NCBI GenBank assembly: GCA_051530055.1
Contig: CM121342.1
Span: 10,927,480 to 10,991,479, forward strand
Reading direction: 5' to 3'
DNA from: Neoechinorhynchus agilis
Lineage: Eukaryota; Animalia; Acanthocephala
DNA: 64,000 nucleotides
This document shows positions 48,480-60,660 of the stretch, piece by piece. The notes beneath the pieces are model-generated. The model did no database searches, had not been told where the DNA came from, and worked only from the letters and a program-made list of their open reading frames with translations. Position numbers and translations under genes: made by a program. Positions within the stretch are counted from its first letter, which is position 1, and every line of letters begins with the position of its first letter.

Positions 48480-49774
48480 CTACAAAATGAGTCCCATCTT
48501 ACTTAGTCGATCCATGGCATGAAAAACTAGCGGACTGGAATTATGATTAAGATTATTTTTAGAACCCCATTCCTGCTTATTTATCGGATCTGTTTTTCCA
48601 CCATCTGCTGTATTCACATCCAGAAGCTTTATTTCTTCCTTCAATTCTGATTTACTAGAGACAATTTCCCGCATCATATTACTAACTTCCTTCAGTTCTG
48701 AAATCACCCTATCTCTTTCTTCTATTCGTTCAGTTAAAAACTGAATTTGTTTGATCATGGCCTCTAATGCCTCAATTATTTTAATATTATCATGGATCCT
48801 TTCGTCTCTCGAAACAGGAGGATCTACTTCTAATGTAGGCATGTACTCCCGAACACGACTTCTATTAAACCATTCGTTATTTTCTTCAGGCTTCTTGGGT
48901 TTAAAGGTGCGCCATCGTTTAAACGCCTTGTCATTTCCTCCGCAATTAACACATCTTTTTATTGCTATATCCGTTCATTGATTTTTGGAATGGTTTCTCG
49001 AGCAAATAACACACCTCACCTCCCCCTTCTACACCGAAATCCGGTACGGCCCCATTCGTAACACTTTAAGCATAGTGTTCGCACAAAATCGTGAATAGAT
49101 TCAGTTCCAGTATGCCATAAATCCAAACTCCCTGCCTCGAACTCTATCAAGCCGATCTTGAATGCCTAGGCTCATGTCCATGATTTTTGCGTATATATTT
49201 GATAAGAATGGGGCCAGTCCTTAGTCCTCCCACATATTGGGGGAATTAAACACCATCGCTGTAACTCTCCTTAGAATATCCGTATATTTTATATTTTTGA
49301 TTTTAGCAGTTCCTAAAACAGGCTTTTATCTTCTACTTCCATAAAGATTAGCAAGACTGACCACTTCTCAGAAAGGCTCTTTTAATTTGGTATTTTATAT
49401 CCCCCCTACACTTTCTTAACAGCTAGACCATCCCTATAATAGATAATAGTAAGATCATTGAGGGAAAACTCCGCCATATCCTCCTTCCTCACCCTTAGCC
49501 CAAAATCATCCTTTTCCCTGGGTAAACGAGATATGCCTATTATATGTCCTTTGCGAATGCCCGGACCAACTGTATAATGAAACCGACCCTCAAAACCGGC
49601 CGTCTCTCCTAATGATATAGGAACCTGAAAACACTTAAGTGTTTCAGTTTGTGGCTGATCCACATCCATGGCTTTAACTCTTCCACGGTCGTCAGGAGGA
49701 TCTGGAGGTCTCGGATACTCGAAACCATTGTTTTCCATTCGGACGCAGTTTTCTTTATTGCAAAAACCACGCAT
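48480..49774 (-). mobile_element. Decayed LINE ORF1 (gag-like) with remnants of three zinc knuckles
   Basis: N-terminal YPRPPDPPDD. Knuckle remnants CLKCYEW, CVICSRNHSKNQ and CVNCGGNDKAF at ~48940-49080, followed by a coiled-coil-like C-terminus. Several stops; no ORF2 seen. Confidence 0.65.
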
Positions 49775-51189
49775 TTTGATTTACTTGATATTGGGCAACA
49801 TTTATTTACGATTAGTCATGAACCTTGAACTAACGGTGTGAGGGTCGGTAGTTTTAATGAACTTTCAAAAATAAATTTTATTTGTACAACGTTGATGTCG
49901 CAACTCCCAGAAATTTTACTTCCATTTTTTGAAATGAGACTTTATAATTAAATTAAAAACTTCCATTATAACTTCCAAATGATTTACATTTCACTTAACA
50001 CGAAACAACTGCTGAAAATTTGATTGACTTAAAATTGAATAAATTCAGAGATGCTCCAAATTAACTTCGTTTGTTACTTTTTGAAATATATCACTCCAAG
50101 CGATTTGAAAACATGAACTTAAAAATACCTAAAAACCGCTGTTGTCCATGTGATCAACTGCAAAAATCAAATGACGGTTTCAAGTCAGAACCTTTAAAAA
50201 TTACAGCAACAAAACTAGGGACTTCACATCAATTTTGGCGATCATCTATGAATTTTCGAAGTTAACGAAGCTTTTAAATCTTCAATTTTTCTTGGCCAAT
50301 CGCTCTCTTTTGGTAAATATTTATTTCGATTAGCATTATAGTATTTACAGTTTGAACTAATCGAAGAATTAAGAATCTTTATATAGAGCAATGAAGAGTA
50401 AATTTATCAATATAAAACAATTTAAAATCATTTTAAAAAACATCTATGTAGCGAGTTATTCGAAAAAAAAGAAAGACGTTTTAATGAATACTTTTCACGG
50501 ATTTTACATTCGTATCAAAGTACAAAGCAACCATTTCAAGAAAGTCCACCGAATCATTGTAATCTACGAAACATGATTCTAAAATCAAGGCAAAATTGCA
50601 AAAGTTACTGTAATGTTCTAATCGCAGTAAATAACCCCGCGTCCATTTCTAAGCACACATAAATTCGGATACCTATACAAGTCTTTTTAAAGGTCTACCA
50701 AGCGCTACACGAAGAAGTGCGAAACATAACCCTACAAATGGCATAGCGGTAATTCAGCGCTGCGATTAAAATATGTGAAGCATTCGAATGGAAGGGTAGA
50801 CCGGTGAGTCGAGAACTTCCAACCGATTCGACAATTACTCAACAGAATGAAATTGAGGCTATCAGATTCCTCAACAACGGCGTAAACTATATTAAAAATC
50901 GAAGCATCAAGAACTCCAACGTGGACGATGTGGAATGGAACCCGATGAACAAATCTGACCGGTGAAAAATAGGGAGTGGTTTAAGTGCCCGCGAGTTTAT
51001 AATCTCAAATCTTGTTGTCGATCGAGGAATAGCATTGATGACTAAAGAGAACTCAATCGATATCGGATATCCACCACAGGATGGAGTTGGAAGACCATAT
51101 TTTCAAAATAGATGTCCAGATGAATGCGGGCCTCAAATTTGTCCCACGTTTTCAGTTGAATTTGACTAAGCGGGATTGAAACTAAATAG

Positions 51190-51460
51190 CGAGAGGTGAG
51201 TCCATCGAGTTTATTGGTCTTAAATTACACTGCGATTGTGTTCAAACGAATGTCGGGAAAATAGAAGCAATTTTGGCGTTACCTCAACCGTCCATTAAAG
51301 AAGAGTTGCGATCATTCCTAGGGACCGTAAATTTCTTGAATTAATTTATCCTCAAGTTGCAATTTTAATGCCAATTATTATACGAGTTGATTAAAAAGGG
51401 AGGACCTGAGAGTGGAACATGAAGCATCGTCGTGCTTTCCAAGGTGTACGGAAATATTTC
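51190..51460 (+). mobile_element. Ty3/Gypsy LTR-retrotransposon pol remnant (RT-RNase H connection)
   Basis: IEFIG...GKIEAILALPQPSIKEELRSFLGTVNFL, then after stop/frameshifts LYELIKKG...W...HRRAFQ. Confidence 0.8.
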
Positions 51461-51789
51461 GCTTTTAAAACAAAAACGTTTGCTGAATGAAAACCTTTGT
51501 AGAATAATTTGACCAAATCGTAACCGGTTAAATCGAATTACTTAAATTAATCGCCTTAAGAGCAGATAAAGTTAAATTTGTTTTGATTATTTTGGCGATG
51601 GGAAATAAATGAAGATCTTCGTAACCCTTAGAATTTTAATGAAACAATGGCAAATTTTGATTTGGTGACAAAAATTTGTTAGGAAGGAAAAATAACGAAT
51701 TTATGGATTGGTAGCAAGAACCGTCAGTTGTTAATTTTGCATTTTTCGACTCCACACGAGGGAGCCGTGCCTCTGACGCTAACCGTATT

Positions 51790-52145
51790 CCCTCATTGCA
51801 TGGCCATGCTGATTTTTTTAATTAGGTATGACCTTTGATTGCGATCCCCTGTGGCCTTAATCATGAGTTTCCCCAGCTCGGCGCAGAATTTGAGAGCTGA
51901 CTCATCGAATACCCCCTTTCGTTTCCACCCCGAAAGGAAGGAAGATGTGAGACTTGCTCGACTCCAGGTATTTTGTCATCTTCCTCCTTTCGGCCGCTGC
52001 CCCTCCCGTTATGGACGAAGCATCACTTTGGTTGGAGGGCTCCAGCGAATCGACACACGTCGCGTCCCAGATGAGACATTTTCCTTCCATGGAAATATAG
52101 TCATACCATCGGGACGCTTTCCGTCGGAGCGGCATAGGTGGTTTG
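51790..52145 (-). mobile_element. Restriction-like endonuclease (RLE) domain remnant of a CRE-like non-LTR retrotransposon
   Basis: LCRSDGKRPDGMTIFPWK / GKCLIWDATCVDSL...AAERRKMTKY...IFLPFGVET / ESALKFCAELG...KISMAMQ, a PD-(D/E)xK signature broken by two frameshifts. Confidence 0.85.
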
Positions 52146-52470
52146 GTTCCAATATGTTATTCTCAAATTTTCCGTTCAGTAATATTTCCTAATACTTGAC
52201 GTGAACATGAATTAAGGAAAAATTGAGACTTGAAGAAGTTACTCGACAAAAGAAGCATTCATGTGGAAATCAAAGAAATGCTCAACGCCAATCTTTCGGC
52301 GGCATTAAATGTGGATGGATAGAAACGCGATACAAACGAATTAAACTTCCTTTAAAAAAGGATCTCAAATATAGCAATTCTAGCAAATTCTTTTTAGCCA
52401 CAATTTTTGCTGTCAAATATTATTTTTATATCAATCCATCGCTTCTTAATCAACAAGATACACAAAGGCG

Positions 52471-52828
52471 AGAAAGTTGACGTAATTTCGAAACAAAGTA
52501 ACTTTTTAGAATTTTTATATGTGGCTCAGCCGGTAGTCTTTTGAGACGAAATACTGCTGAAGGGATAAAACTCACTGATGAGTCCCGCTTCCTGGAGGTA
52601 TCTGAGGATGCGTAGGGATTCTTACAAACTTATAACCGTACGGCCTTGGGGCAGTGAGCGCAGACCAGCGCTTCCCAGACCGAAATCGGTGGACTGTGTG
52701 TTGTAGGGAAAAAATATCTATCAATATTCTTACTTTTCGTATTCTCGTGTGTTTTCCTTTAAGATCGTACACATTTGTAATAATCACTCTTTAGAAAGTT
52801 GACGTTATTTCGAAACAAAGTAACTTTT
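52471..52828. repeat. 36-bp direct repeats (52471-52506 and 52793-52828) bracketing a 286-bp segment
   Basis: AGAAAGTTGACGT(A/T)ATTTCGAAACAAAGTAACTTTT occurs twice with one mismatch. Confidence 0.9.
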
Positions 52829-53704
52829 GTCTTGAGCATTCGTTAAGCCGATAAATGCAACAATAATAAACCATATGAAGGTAGTCGATCAACCTTTCAT
52901 CTCGTCCGCAATAATCTTTTTTCGGCCCAAATTATTATGCATTCTTGAGGTAACACCGACAACAGTCAATATTCCCAAAAGCACAGTACCCATTCTCGGA
53001 AATATTTATAGGTAGCTTTGCAAGAAAATTGCTCCAGATTTATCAGATCACCTTTTTTGTAAGGCAATACATTTTGGATTCTAAAAGCGGATTCTATACG
53101 TCCTTAAAAAAAGGTTTTTATGTTCCTGTTTGAATCTTTTACGCGTTAGGATTTACATTCCTCAAGCGCTTTTCGTACAAGAATAACTTCGTAAATCGCA
53201 TACAATAATTTAGATTGCGGTCAATGAAAATTCTCTTCTAAATAACGCTGCGATGAATGACGCCTAAAAGATGAAATGTAGATTAATCTTAAAATCTTTT
53301 TTGTGCTGGATTTCCTTCCATTGCCGTCGGTATCTATGCATCCGTCCAATAATTCATTCTTAGGAGGATATCACGATAAAAGTTTTAATCAAATCTCACT
53401 TTTGCCGTCCGTTGTAATAGAATACTCTTAAAAGCTTCTGTACAATATCTTCAGTCCTCGCTATTTCTAAAGCAGATAAAATGGATTAGTTTTTCACCTA
53501 CGATTAAGAAATATTTTTGAAGTGGCAATTTAACATTTGTACCTTTTAATCGAAGCGGAAACTTGAATAATCACTACAATTGAGACCAATAGATTATTTT
53601 ATTTGGCATTTGAACGTCCACACCGAAAATGTTACAGTTATATTTCGAAATGAGCCGGAAATTTATTGACTAAAAGAGTTTCTCATTTCTTGTTAAACTT
53701 TTAG

Positions 53705-56245
53705 ATGGCATATCGTGGACGTAACTGTTATAGAGGACCTCCTAGCGAACGTCCAAACAATAGACGAGGGCGTGAGAGAAGGCCCAGTGGTTTTGGTCCA
53801 AGGAGAAACAATGTAAGGTCAGCTCGAGATATTGACTTTGCGAGAATAAATTTAAATGAACGGTCCGACGAAGGAAACCAACCCCTACAATCAACTGGGA
53901 ATGGCGGGCACAACCGAAGACAGCGACTAATATTGGCATCTGAGATCAATGAAGTCTTATCTGTTGTAGACGATGAGCGGATCCAAGATTATGGAACAAG
54001 TGGATCAAAGACGCGGGTTGTAAGCAACTACTTTAAAGTTGACAGCGTTCCGCATTACAAGATTTTTAATTTCGCTGTTGAGATCGAACCACCATGTGAA
54101 TCAAAGATGGTCAAAAGCAAGGTTCTTAAGATTGTATCAAGAACAAACTGGAATAACCAAGTCTTTAGTTTTACCGGTCAATCAATCCACTTGGCTCATA
54201 AACCTGAAATCCTTGAATATTCGGACATTCAGTTTCGAAATGTAAGATACAAAGTAAAGCTTGAGGCAACTGGCGAAACGGTACCTGGAACTGAGCCGTT
54301 TATTGCAATACTCGGTCTCATCCTTCGAGGACGATTGAACGAAGTCGGTTTCAAGACGATCCAGCGGAATATGTTTGACATGTCTTCAGATGGACGTAGA
54401 GAAATAGAAGGTTTCCAGATATTCCCAGGAATAAAAGCATCGATTTTGCCTCGAAAAGGCGGACGCTTGTTGCTTTGTATTGACAGGATCAACAAAATAG
54501 TAAATAAGAACATGGTATCGGCAATAATGAATCGCCTCGAGCTTGGATCAAATTATGGACGTAAACATCTTATCGACGAAGTAGTTGGATCTTCGGTCAT
54601 GACTTCTTACAACAATCGATTTTATCGTATAACGGACGTTGATTTTAATTGTGACTCCACATGCAGATTCACTGCAGACGATAATCGGCAAATTAACTTT
54701 ATTGATTATTATCGAGAACGATATCACCTACAAATACATAACCCGCGCCTTCCATTACTTACAGCAAGGGTAAAGGACAAAGATGGGAACAAGAAGGAGA
54801 TTCATCTTATTCCTGAATTCTGTCAAATAGCAGGACTGGATCGGGTTAGCCCAGTTGAAAGATCGAGAATGATGAGAGTCGTTTGCCGGGAGACGATTCC
54901 TCAATTTAGAATGCAATACATTAGAAATGTATTACAAAGACTGACCACGGTGGACACTTCACGCCACTTTCCTTTGAAAATATCAAGAGATCCAGAGATA
55001 GTTGAAGCACGATATTTGAACGAACCACAGCCTGGAGATCCTCGTGGATGTGTTCGGTTTACGTGGCGTGATATGGGGCAAAAATCGCTTTTCCGTCCGG
55101 AACCATTGAAACGATGGTTGATTCTCGTACCGGAAGGTATCCGAGTAGACAATTTCCTCTCATCGCTGAACTCAGTAATGAGGACTCTTCGTATTTTTCC
55201 TGACGAGCCACGAGTGAGAACTTATCCGACAAGAGGACAGAATGTTATCGCTGCTGTTCAGCGAGTCTTAGAAGAAAATGACGTTGATAGAGCCGAAATG
55301 GTTGTTATTTTGATGAGCAACTACTGCAGCACCGGCTTTTATACAACTATGAAGGGTTGTTTATCGATGGGATACGGAGTTCCTAGTCAATTCATCAAAG
55401 AGAAGAACTTCCGGGAGTGCAAAGTGCCAATCATGGCAAAGATTGGAATTCAGATCGGATGTAAAACAGGAAGTGAACCGTGGTCTGTATCTGGTGGATT
55501 TGGAGAGTCATTTAGAGACGCGATGGTGATTGGTATCGACTGCTATCATTCCAAAATGACTTCAATTTCAGCCGTAGTTTGTTCTTTAAATTCGACTTTT
55601 TCAAAATGTTACTCTCGATGTTTCACTCAATCTCCGGGACAGGAATTGGTGACTTGTCTGACGATGTGCTTAGCGGAAGCGATTAACCGGTACAAAAAGC
55701 ACAATGGCAACAGAGTTCCAACATCCATTGTTGTTTACCGCGACGGAATTGGTGACGGCCAGCTCGGTTACATTGGGATGAGTGAGTGTCAACAAATCCT
55801 CATGGCGATGAGTATGGTCGTTGGATCAAATGAAGACGAAGCACCGAGACCAAAGCTCACGTACATTGTGGTTAAGAAGCGAATCAATTCCCGATTCTTT
55901 ACATTGGGCAGCTCAAACAAACCTATGGCTAATCCTGATGGTGGTCTTGTTGTGGACAGAATTTTGACAATGGAACGATGGAGGGATTTTTATCTTGTGC
56001 CACAGCAAGTTACTCAAGGTTCAGCCACGCCGAGTCACTTCAACATCTTGGCAGATAAAAACAAGTTCTCGATGGACGAGGTTCAGCAATTTTCCTATAA
56101 ACTGTGCCATATGTATTTCAATTGGTCAGGAGCGATCAGAGTGCCAGCAATGTGCCAATACGCCCACAAACTTGCATACATGGCAGGAACCTGTTTTAAA
56201 AGAGAGCCGCACCAACGCTTGCATGATCTTTTATATTATCTTTAA
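53705..56245 (+). CDS. piwi: Piwi-clade Argonaute, 846 aa, single exon
   Basis: R/G-rich N-terminus. PAZ (YNNRFYRITDVDF...YYRERYHLQI...PLL...LIPEFC), MID (VPSQFI...KIGIQIGCK), and PIWI domain with MVIGIDCYH, QEL, YRDGIGDG, RWRDFYLV and YAHKLA (DEDH intact). C-terminal LYYL. Confidence 0.97.
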   Translation: MAYRGRNCYRGPPSERPNNRRGRERRPSGFGPRRNNVRSARDIDFARINLNERSDEGNQPLQSTGNGGHNRRQRLILASEINEVLSVVDDERIQDYGTSGSKTRVVSNYFKVDSVPHYKIFNFAVEIEPPCESKMVKSKVLKIVSRTNWNNQVFSFTGQSIHLAHKPEILEYSDIQFRNVRYKVKLEATGETVPGTEPFIAILGLILRGRLNEVGFKTIQRNMFDMSSDGRREIEGFQIFPGIKASILPRKGGRLLLCIDRINKIVNKNMVSAIMNRLELGSNYGRKHLIDEVVGSSVMTSYNNRFYRITDVDFNCDSTCRFTADDNRQINFIDYYRERYHLQIHNPRLPLLTARVKDKDGNKKEIHLIPEFCQIAGLDRVSPVERSRMMRVVCRETIPQFRMQYIRNVLQRLTTVDTSRHFPLKISRDPEIVEARYLNEPQPGDPRGCVRFTWRDMGQKSLFRPEPLKRWLILVPEGIRVDNFLSSLNSVMRTLRIFPDEPRVRTYPTRGQNVIAAVQRVLEENDVDRAEMVVILMSNYCSTGFYTTMKGCLSMGYGVPSQFIKEKNFRECKVPIMAKIGIQIGCKTGSEPWSVSGGFGESFRDAMVIGIDCYHSKMTSISAVVCSLNSTFSKCYSRCFTQSPGQELVTCLTMCLAEAINRYKKHNGNRVPTSIVVYRDGIGDGQLGYIGMSECQQILMAMSMVVGSNEDEAPRPKLTYIVVKKRINSRFFTLGSSNKPMANPDGGLVVDRILTMERWRDFYLVPQQVTQGSATPSHFNILADKNKFSMDEVQQFSYKLCHMYFNWSGAIRVPAMCQYAHKLAYMAGTCFKREPHQRLHDLLYYL

Positions 56246-56480
56246 GCAATCTGCAGAGTTGTGGATATTTGTCGTTAATAAATGATTTATATTTATGTTT
56301 TGAGTCACAATAACAATTCACGACTTAGACGAAAATGGTAAATTTAAACGAATCGGTTTTTTTGCACCTTGAAATAAAATTTTGCTTTTACGCTCGATTA
56401 TTTGATTTGCTACTTGATGGTAAAATAGAGCGATAAGGTTGATAAACTAATGAAGCAATGCTTAAAGCATAAAATCGCCA

Positions 56481-57030
56481 TTAATCGGTCAAGTATTTGA
56501 AAAGCTGTTCTTCAGAATCGGCTTGAGGTCGGACTGATTTTTGATAAAAACCATCGCTTCCTTGCTTATTTACCCTTTCTGAACGCATTTGAAGCCGCTT
56601 GACTTCCTCACTCCAATACCAATTATCAGCAAACAAATCATTGACCTTCTGAACTGCTGAACGTTTTGCATCGGATGATGATGAGCAACTTCGTGCAGTC
56701 TTATGCACCTGGGCGTAAATTGCCTGCTTAATCACCCAGTGGGGATGGGAATCGCGATGCATAACTATCGCCTTCCGGCACGGCTTACGATACCAAATGA
56801 ATTCCCTAAGATCTTTGACATTTAACAGCAAGTTCCAGAAAGGAAGTTAATCCGACGGATTGTCTTTAGTCACTTTTATTCGTCGTGTTGCATCCATCGA
56901 GCTCAAACGACGCCCCACGTCGTTCACTTGATCATCTTCTGTGTAGGCGAACAGAACATCATCCACGTATCGGAGGTAAATCTGACTCGACGCTAAGTGT
57001 GGAAAGATGCTATGCGTTTCCATATCATGA
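56481..57030 (-). mobile_element. Penelope-like RT fragment, 5'-truncated and frameshifted
   Basis: IYLRYVDDVLF, then WYRKPCRKAIVMHRDSHPHWVIKQAIYAQVHKTARSCS (thumb region). Confidence 0.85.
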
Positions 57031-59500
57031 AGAGTATTTAGAGATGAGGGAAGAAAATTGTGGAAGGGGTTGAAGAAGACGGAGGGCGTTTTTGGAGAAA
57101 ATGGAGTGCAGGTGGGTGTCGAGGGGAAGGAGTGAAGTCCCGCATATTCTCGCTGCTCTCTTGTGGAAGGTTTCGAGGGAATGGAGAGCATTGGCGGGAA
57201 GGGCGAGGAAAGTGGGGTGTAGGCGTATGTAAGGATAGGGAGGATGGCAGAGAGATAAAAGTGAGCAAGGTGTTTAGGGGAAACGCCGAGACGCCGGAGG
57301 AGTTTGAGGAGGTTAAGACGAGGGTTTGTTTTAGAGAGTGTAAATAAAATGTGGGCATCCCATTTAAGGTTCTCTTGTAAAATCAGACCAAGTATTCGGG
57401 GAGAAGAGGAGCGTTGGATGGGGAGAGGGAGAGGCGCGGGGATAAGGTTGCGTTTGGAAATGTGGGGGACAAGCTCAAAAGATTTGGATAAATTTAGGTA
57501 GAGGTTTAGGGCGGAGAGCGAGGAAATGAGATGGTTTAGCTCGTCCATGGTAGTGGAGAGGGAGAGAGAGGGAGATGCGATGGTAAAGACTGTGAGGTCA
57601 TCGGCGTATAGAAAATATTCGGTAGTGGGAGTGAGGGGATGGAGGTCATTTAGAAAAATGTCAAAGAGGAGAGGGGAAAGTACGGCGCCTTTGGGGACCC
57701 CTTTAAATATGGACAGAGAAGAGGGGTAAGGACTTCCACATTGGATATATTGTTTGCGGTTGGAGAGGAAAGAAAAAATCCAAGCGAGTTGCCAGATAGG
57801 GAGGCCAAAGGAAGCACATGATTGGAGGAGAAGGGAGTGATCTACCGACTCAAACGCCCTGGAAATATCCAGTTGCACGAGACGGACGGTTGATGCTGGA
57901 CTGGAATCTAAGCTGTGCACAAGCGTATCGTAGATGCAGAGGAGGGCGTCAGAGCAAGAGTAATTGGGGCGGAAAGCGAATTGGGAAGGGGAGATGTTTT
58001 TGAGGAAAAAGGGAAGTAGGCGAGTTTTAAAACATTTTTCTAAGATTTTAGAGAAAGGTGATAGGATAGAGATGGAACGAAAGGATGTGGGGGAAATCGG
58101 CTTATAGTTTTTGGGTATGGGGACGATACGGGTTTCCTTAAGACACGATGGGAAAGAGCCCAGTAGAAAGCTAAGGTTCGTTATGTGCGTTAGATGATCG
58201 ATAAGTTCCTGGATGATGAAACGAATGGCCCAATTCGGGATAGTCGAAATAGGGGAAGAATGGCGGGGCAGGCGTTTAAGGATCTCTAGGATTACGAGAG
58301 GGGAAACTAAGGAAGGGCATGTATGAATGGGCGGGTCAAAAAGTGAGAAGGGAGGTTGGGACAATGGATGGGAGGTTTGAGGAGGACAGAGGTTTTTATT
58401 CATCGAGTTAAGGATTGAGAGGAGATCAGATTTGGGGAGAGATGCGAAGGGGGTGGATCTACCAAGACCAGTGACACTTTTTATTTCACGCCACCAGTTT
58501 CGATTGGAAACGGACGGGAGACGAGATGAGAGGAATACTTTGCGGGCTATACGGATGCTTTTGGCCAGCGTGGAGTGGAGGGAAGATAAGCGGGATTGCC
58601 TGACCGGAAAGCTTTGGTGACCTGCATTTGAAGGGTTTTTAGAAAAGGCAAGAACCATGGAGGGGCGCGGTTCGAGATTCGTATTGTTTTGCGAGGAAAG
58701 GAGGCCTTCATCGTAGATTCTATTAGATTTAACAAAGAGCCCATTGCAATCGAGGGGTCGGTCCCAAAGATGGTAGAGCGGTTTTGCGTGATAAGAGAAT
58801 TGACACATACAGCAAAGGATTGGGTATGATGATGACGCTTATCCCAGACAACGTAGGGGTCGAAAAAGGAACGTTATTGAGGTGATTAGGGGAAAGAAGG
58901 ATGGAACAATGGTCAGACGAGGCGATCGGGAGAAGTTTGGCAGTGCACGAATATTGCCTGATGTTTGAGAAAATTTTATCAAGCCGGGAGGAGAAGCGTG
59001 TTGGGAGAGATGAGAGAGCGAGGGCGGGATCGGCAGTTTGTTAAATTCGCCCAATATGATGAAGTGATCTGAGGAAGTAAAAAGTAGGTCAGTAAATAGG
59101 TGGTCTATTTGTTGAAGTGTGTTGGGAATGTTTGAGGAAGGAGGGCGACACTGTGGTAAGGGGTGATTTGAGTGTAGGGACCATAGGGGTGGGAACTGTG
59201 CATGCGGGATGGACTCAGGGGGGAAAGAGGATATTGGGAGTTGAAGAGGTGGTGGTAAGAGGTGAGGTAGTGTGAGCGTACAAGGTATTTTTCGCTTCTG
59301 AGGGGCGAAGCGAAAATTTCCAAATTTGGTAGGGTGCGGAATAGTGGTTTTAGGTAGATGAGTGGTGTCAAGGATGAGAGGGGTTACGAGGCGAGGGATG
59401 CTTAACGTAGCCGTTGAAGGATGGTAGGGGTGTGTGCTTTTTACCAGAAAATCGAGGTGCAGGGGAGAAGGTGGTAGGTTTTGATGGGGCTAACGTTGAA
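57030..59500 (-). mobile_element. CR1/L2-like LINE ORF2 (APE plus RT), frameshifted and 3'-truncated
   Basis: APE HFIILGEFN (~59050) and IASSDHCSI (~58915). Linker RAPPWFLP. RT FRSISILSPFSKILEK, QFAFRPNYS, QLDISRAFESVDH, GVPKGAVLSPLLF, YADD, RILGLILQENLKW. Confidence 0.92.
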
Positions 59501-60079
59501 ACGTAATCGTAGAAGGATGATAGGGGTTTGGTCAGAACTTTCAGCGCTTTGATATTTAAATTATGAGAATGTAATCAAAAGGCTTAAAATTGAATTTTAT
59601 GTTATGCGGACTACTTTTTGTAGTTTGAAGATCTGAAAAGAAGATTTCATTCAATTGAGCATGTCATAGATAGCATTTGCGAAGTATCGACTTCAAAAAG
59701 TCTTGACATTTTTCGGATCTGAGGAATGTTCAAATTACGCGTTTGACTTCATATATTTTTTGGAAAGTCTGAAGAATCTTATAAAGACGTTTGTCATGTT
59801 AAGAGAGATTTGTACAAAATGTTTTGGTCTTTCATTGGAAATTACCAGTGATACTTCTGGGAAATTTTAAGATTGATTTGATTCTTTAGATAATTTGATA
59901 CGTTTTAAATCTGAAAGGTATTAAGAATTGGTTTAGATAATTTATTCAAAAATTTCCGCCATGAATCTCAAAGAGTAAATGTATGATTAAAAAGAGTCAA
60001 ACACTGGAAACGTATTTAGGAAACTGTAATGCAGATTTGTAGACATTTGCAAAATATTGAAGCAGATGCGGGCTCATTG

Positions 60080-60660
60080 GTAACCCTCCCATCTCTCCCT
60101 CTCGTTAAAATCTAACAAAATTATCAACATCGAAGACTTCTGCACCAATCACAAACTCCAACTGAGCTTTTCTTAATGCTTCGAAATGATCCCTTCGATC
60201 TTCCGCAACCCTATATCCTACCCCGATCTTTCAAATGACATCCGACGAGTCAACTCCCTCAGAATTCTGGGTCTTCAATTTCAAACAAATCTGAAATGGG
60301 ACCCGCACATTGCACTTTCCCTCAAACGTCTCCGCCATTTAAGAGAATCTTCGCCCGATCTCTCCAAATTTTAATGCAGCTTTATTTTACCCTCCTCCAC
60401 CTACGGCTATCCCGTCCTTTGCAACCTGAGCAAATCGCGAATCCGTCGCCTTGAAACGTTTCATGCAAGAGCCTCTAAAACTTGCACAGTTGATTTTCCC
60501 CACTCAAAGAATACCTTTATAAGATTTTCATCAAAACAATCAAAATGCCTTACAACTCGTCCACCACAATTTTTACTACATTTGATTACTCGCAATCCCA
60601 ATTCATTTCATCCTTCCTATACCTCTGCTCCTTTTTCAAAACTACTCAATTACATGGTTT
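60080..60660 (+). mobile_element. 3' fragment of the CR1/L2-like LINE family, decayed
   Basis: SLRILGLQFQTNLKWDPHI, then YGYPVLCNLSKSRIRRLETFHARASK, plus the CGCAATCCCAATTCATTTCATC tail shared with 945-1010. Confidence 0.8.

Noticed and set aside
52520-52600. Type II hammerhead, or RNase P RNA resemblance on the minus strand
   Set aside because: The 23 nt between GAAA and CTGATGA cannot form stem III, UH and stem I. The RNase P-like words are ~45 nt apart with no CR-I motif.
57060-58620. Several plus-strand G/E/R-rich ORFs, plus shadow ORFs over piwi, the ARF-GEF and the Cys-rich genes
   Set aside because: These are antisense or alternate-frame shadows of recognised coding sequence.
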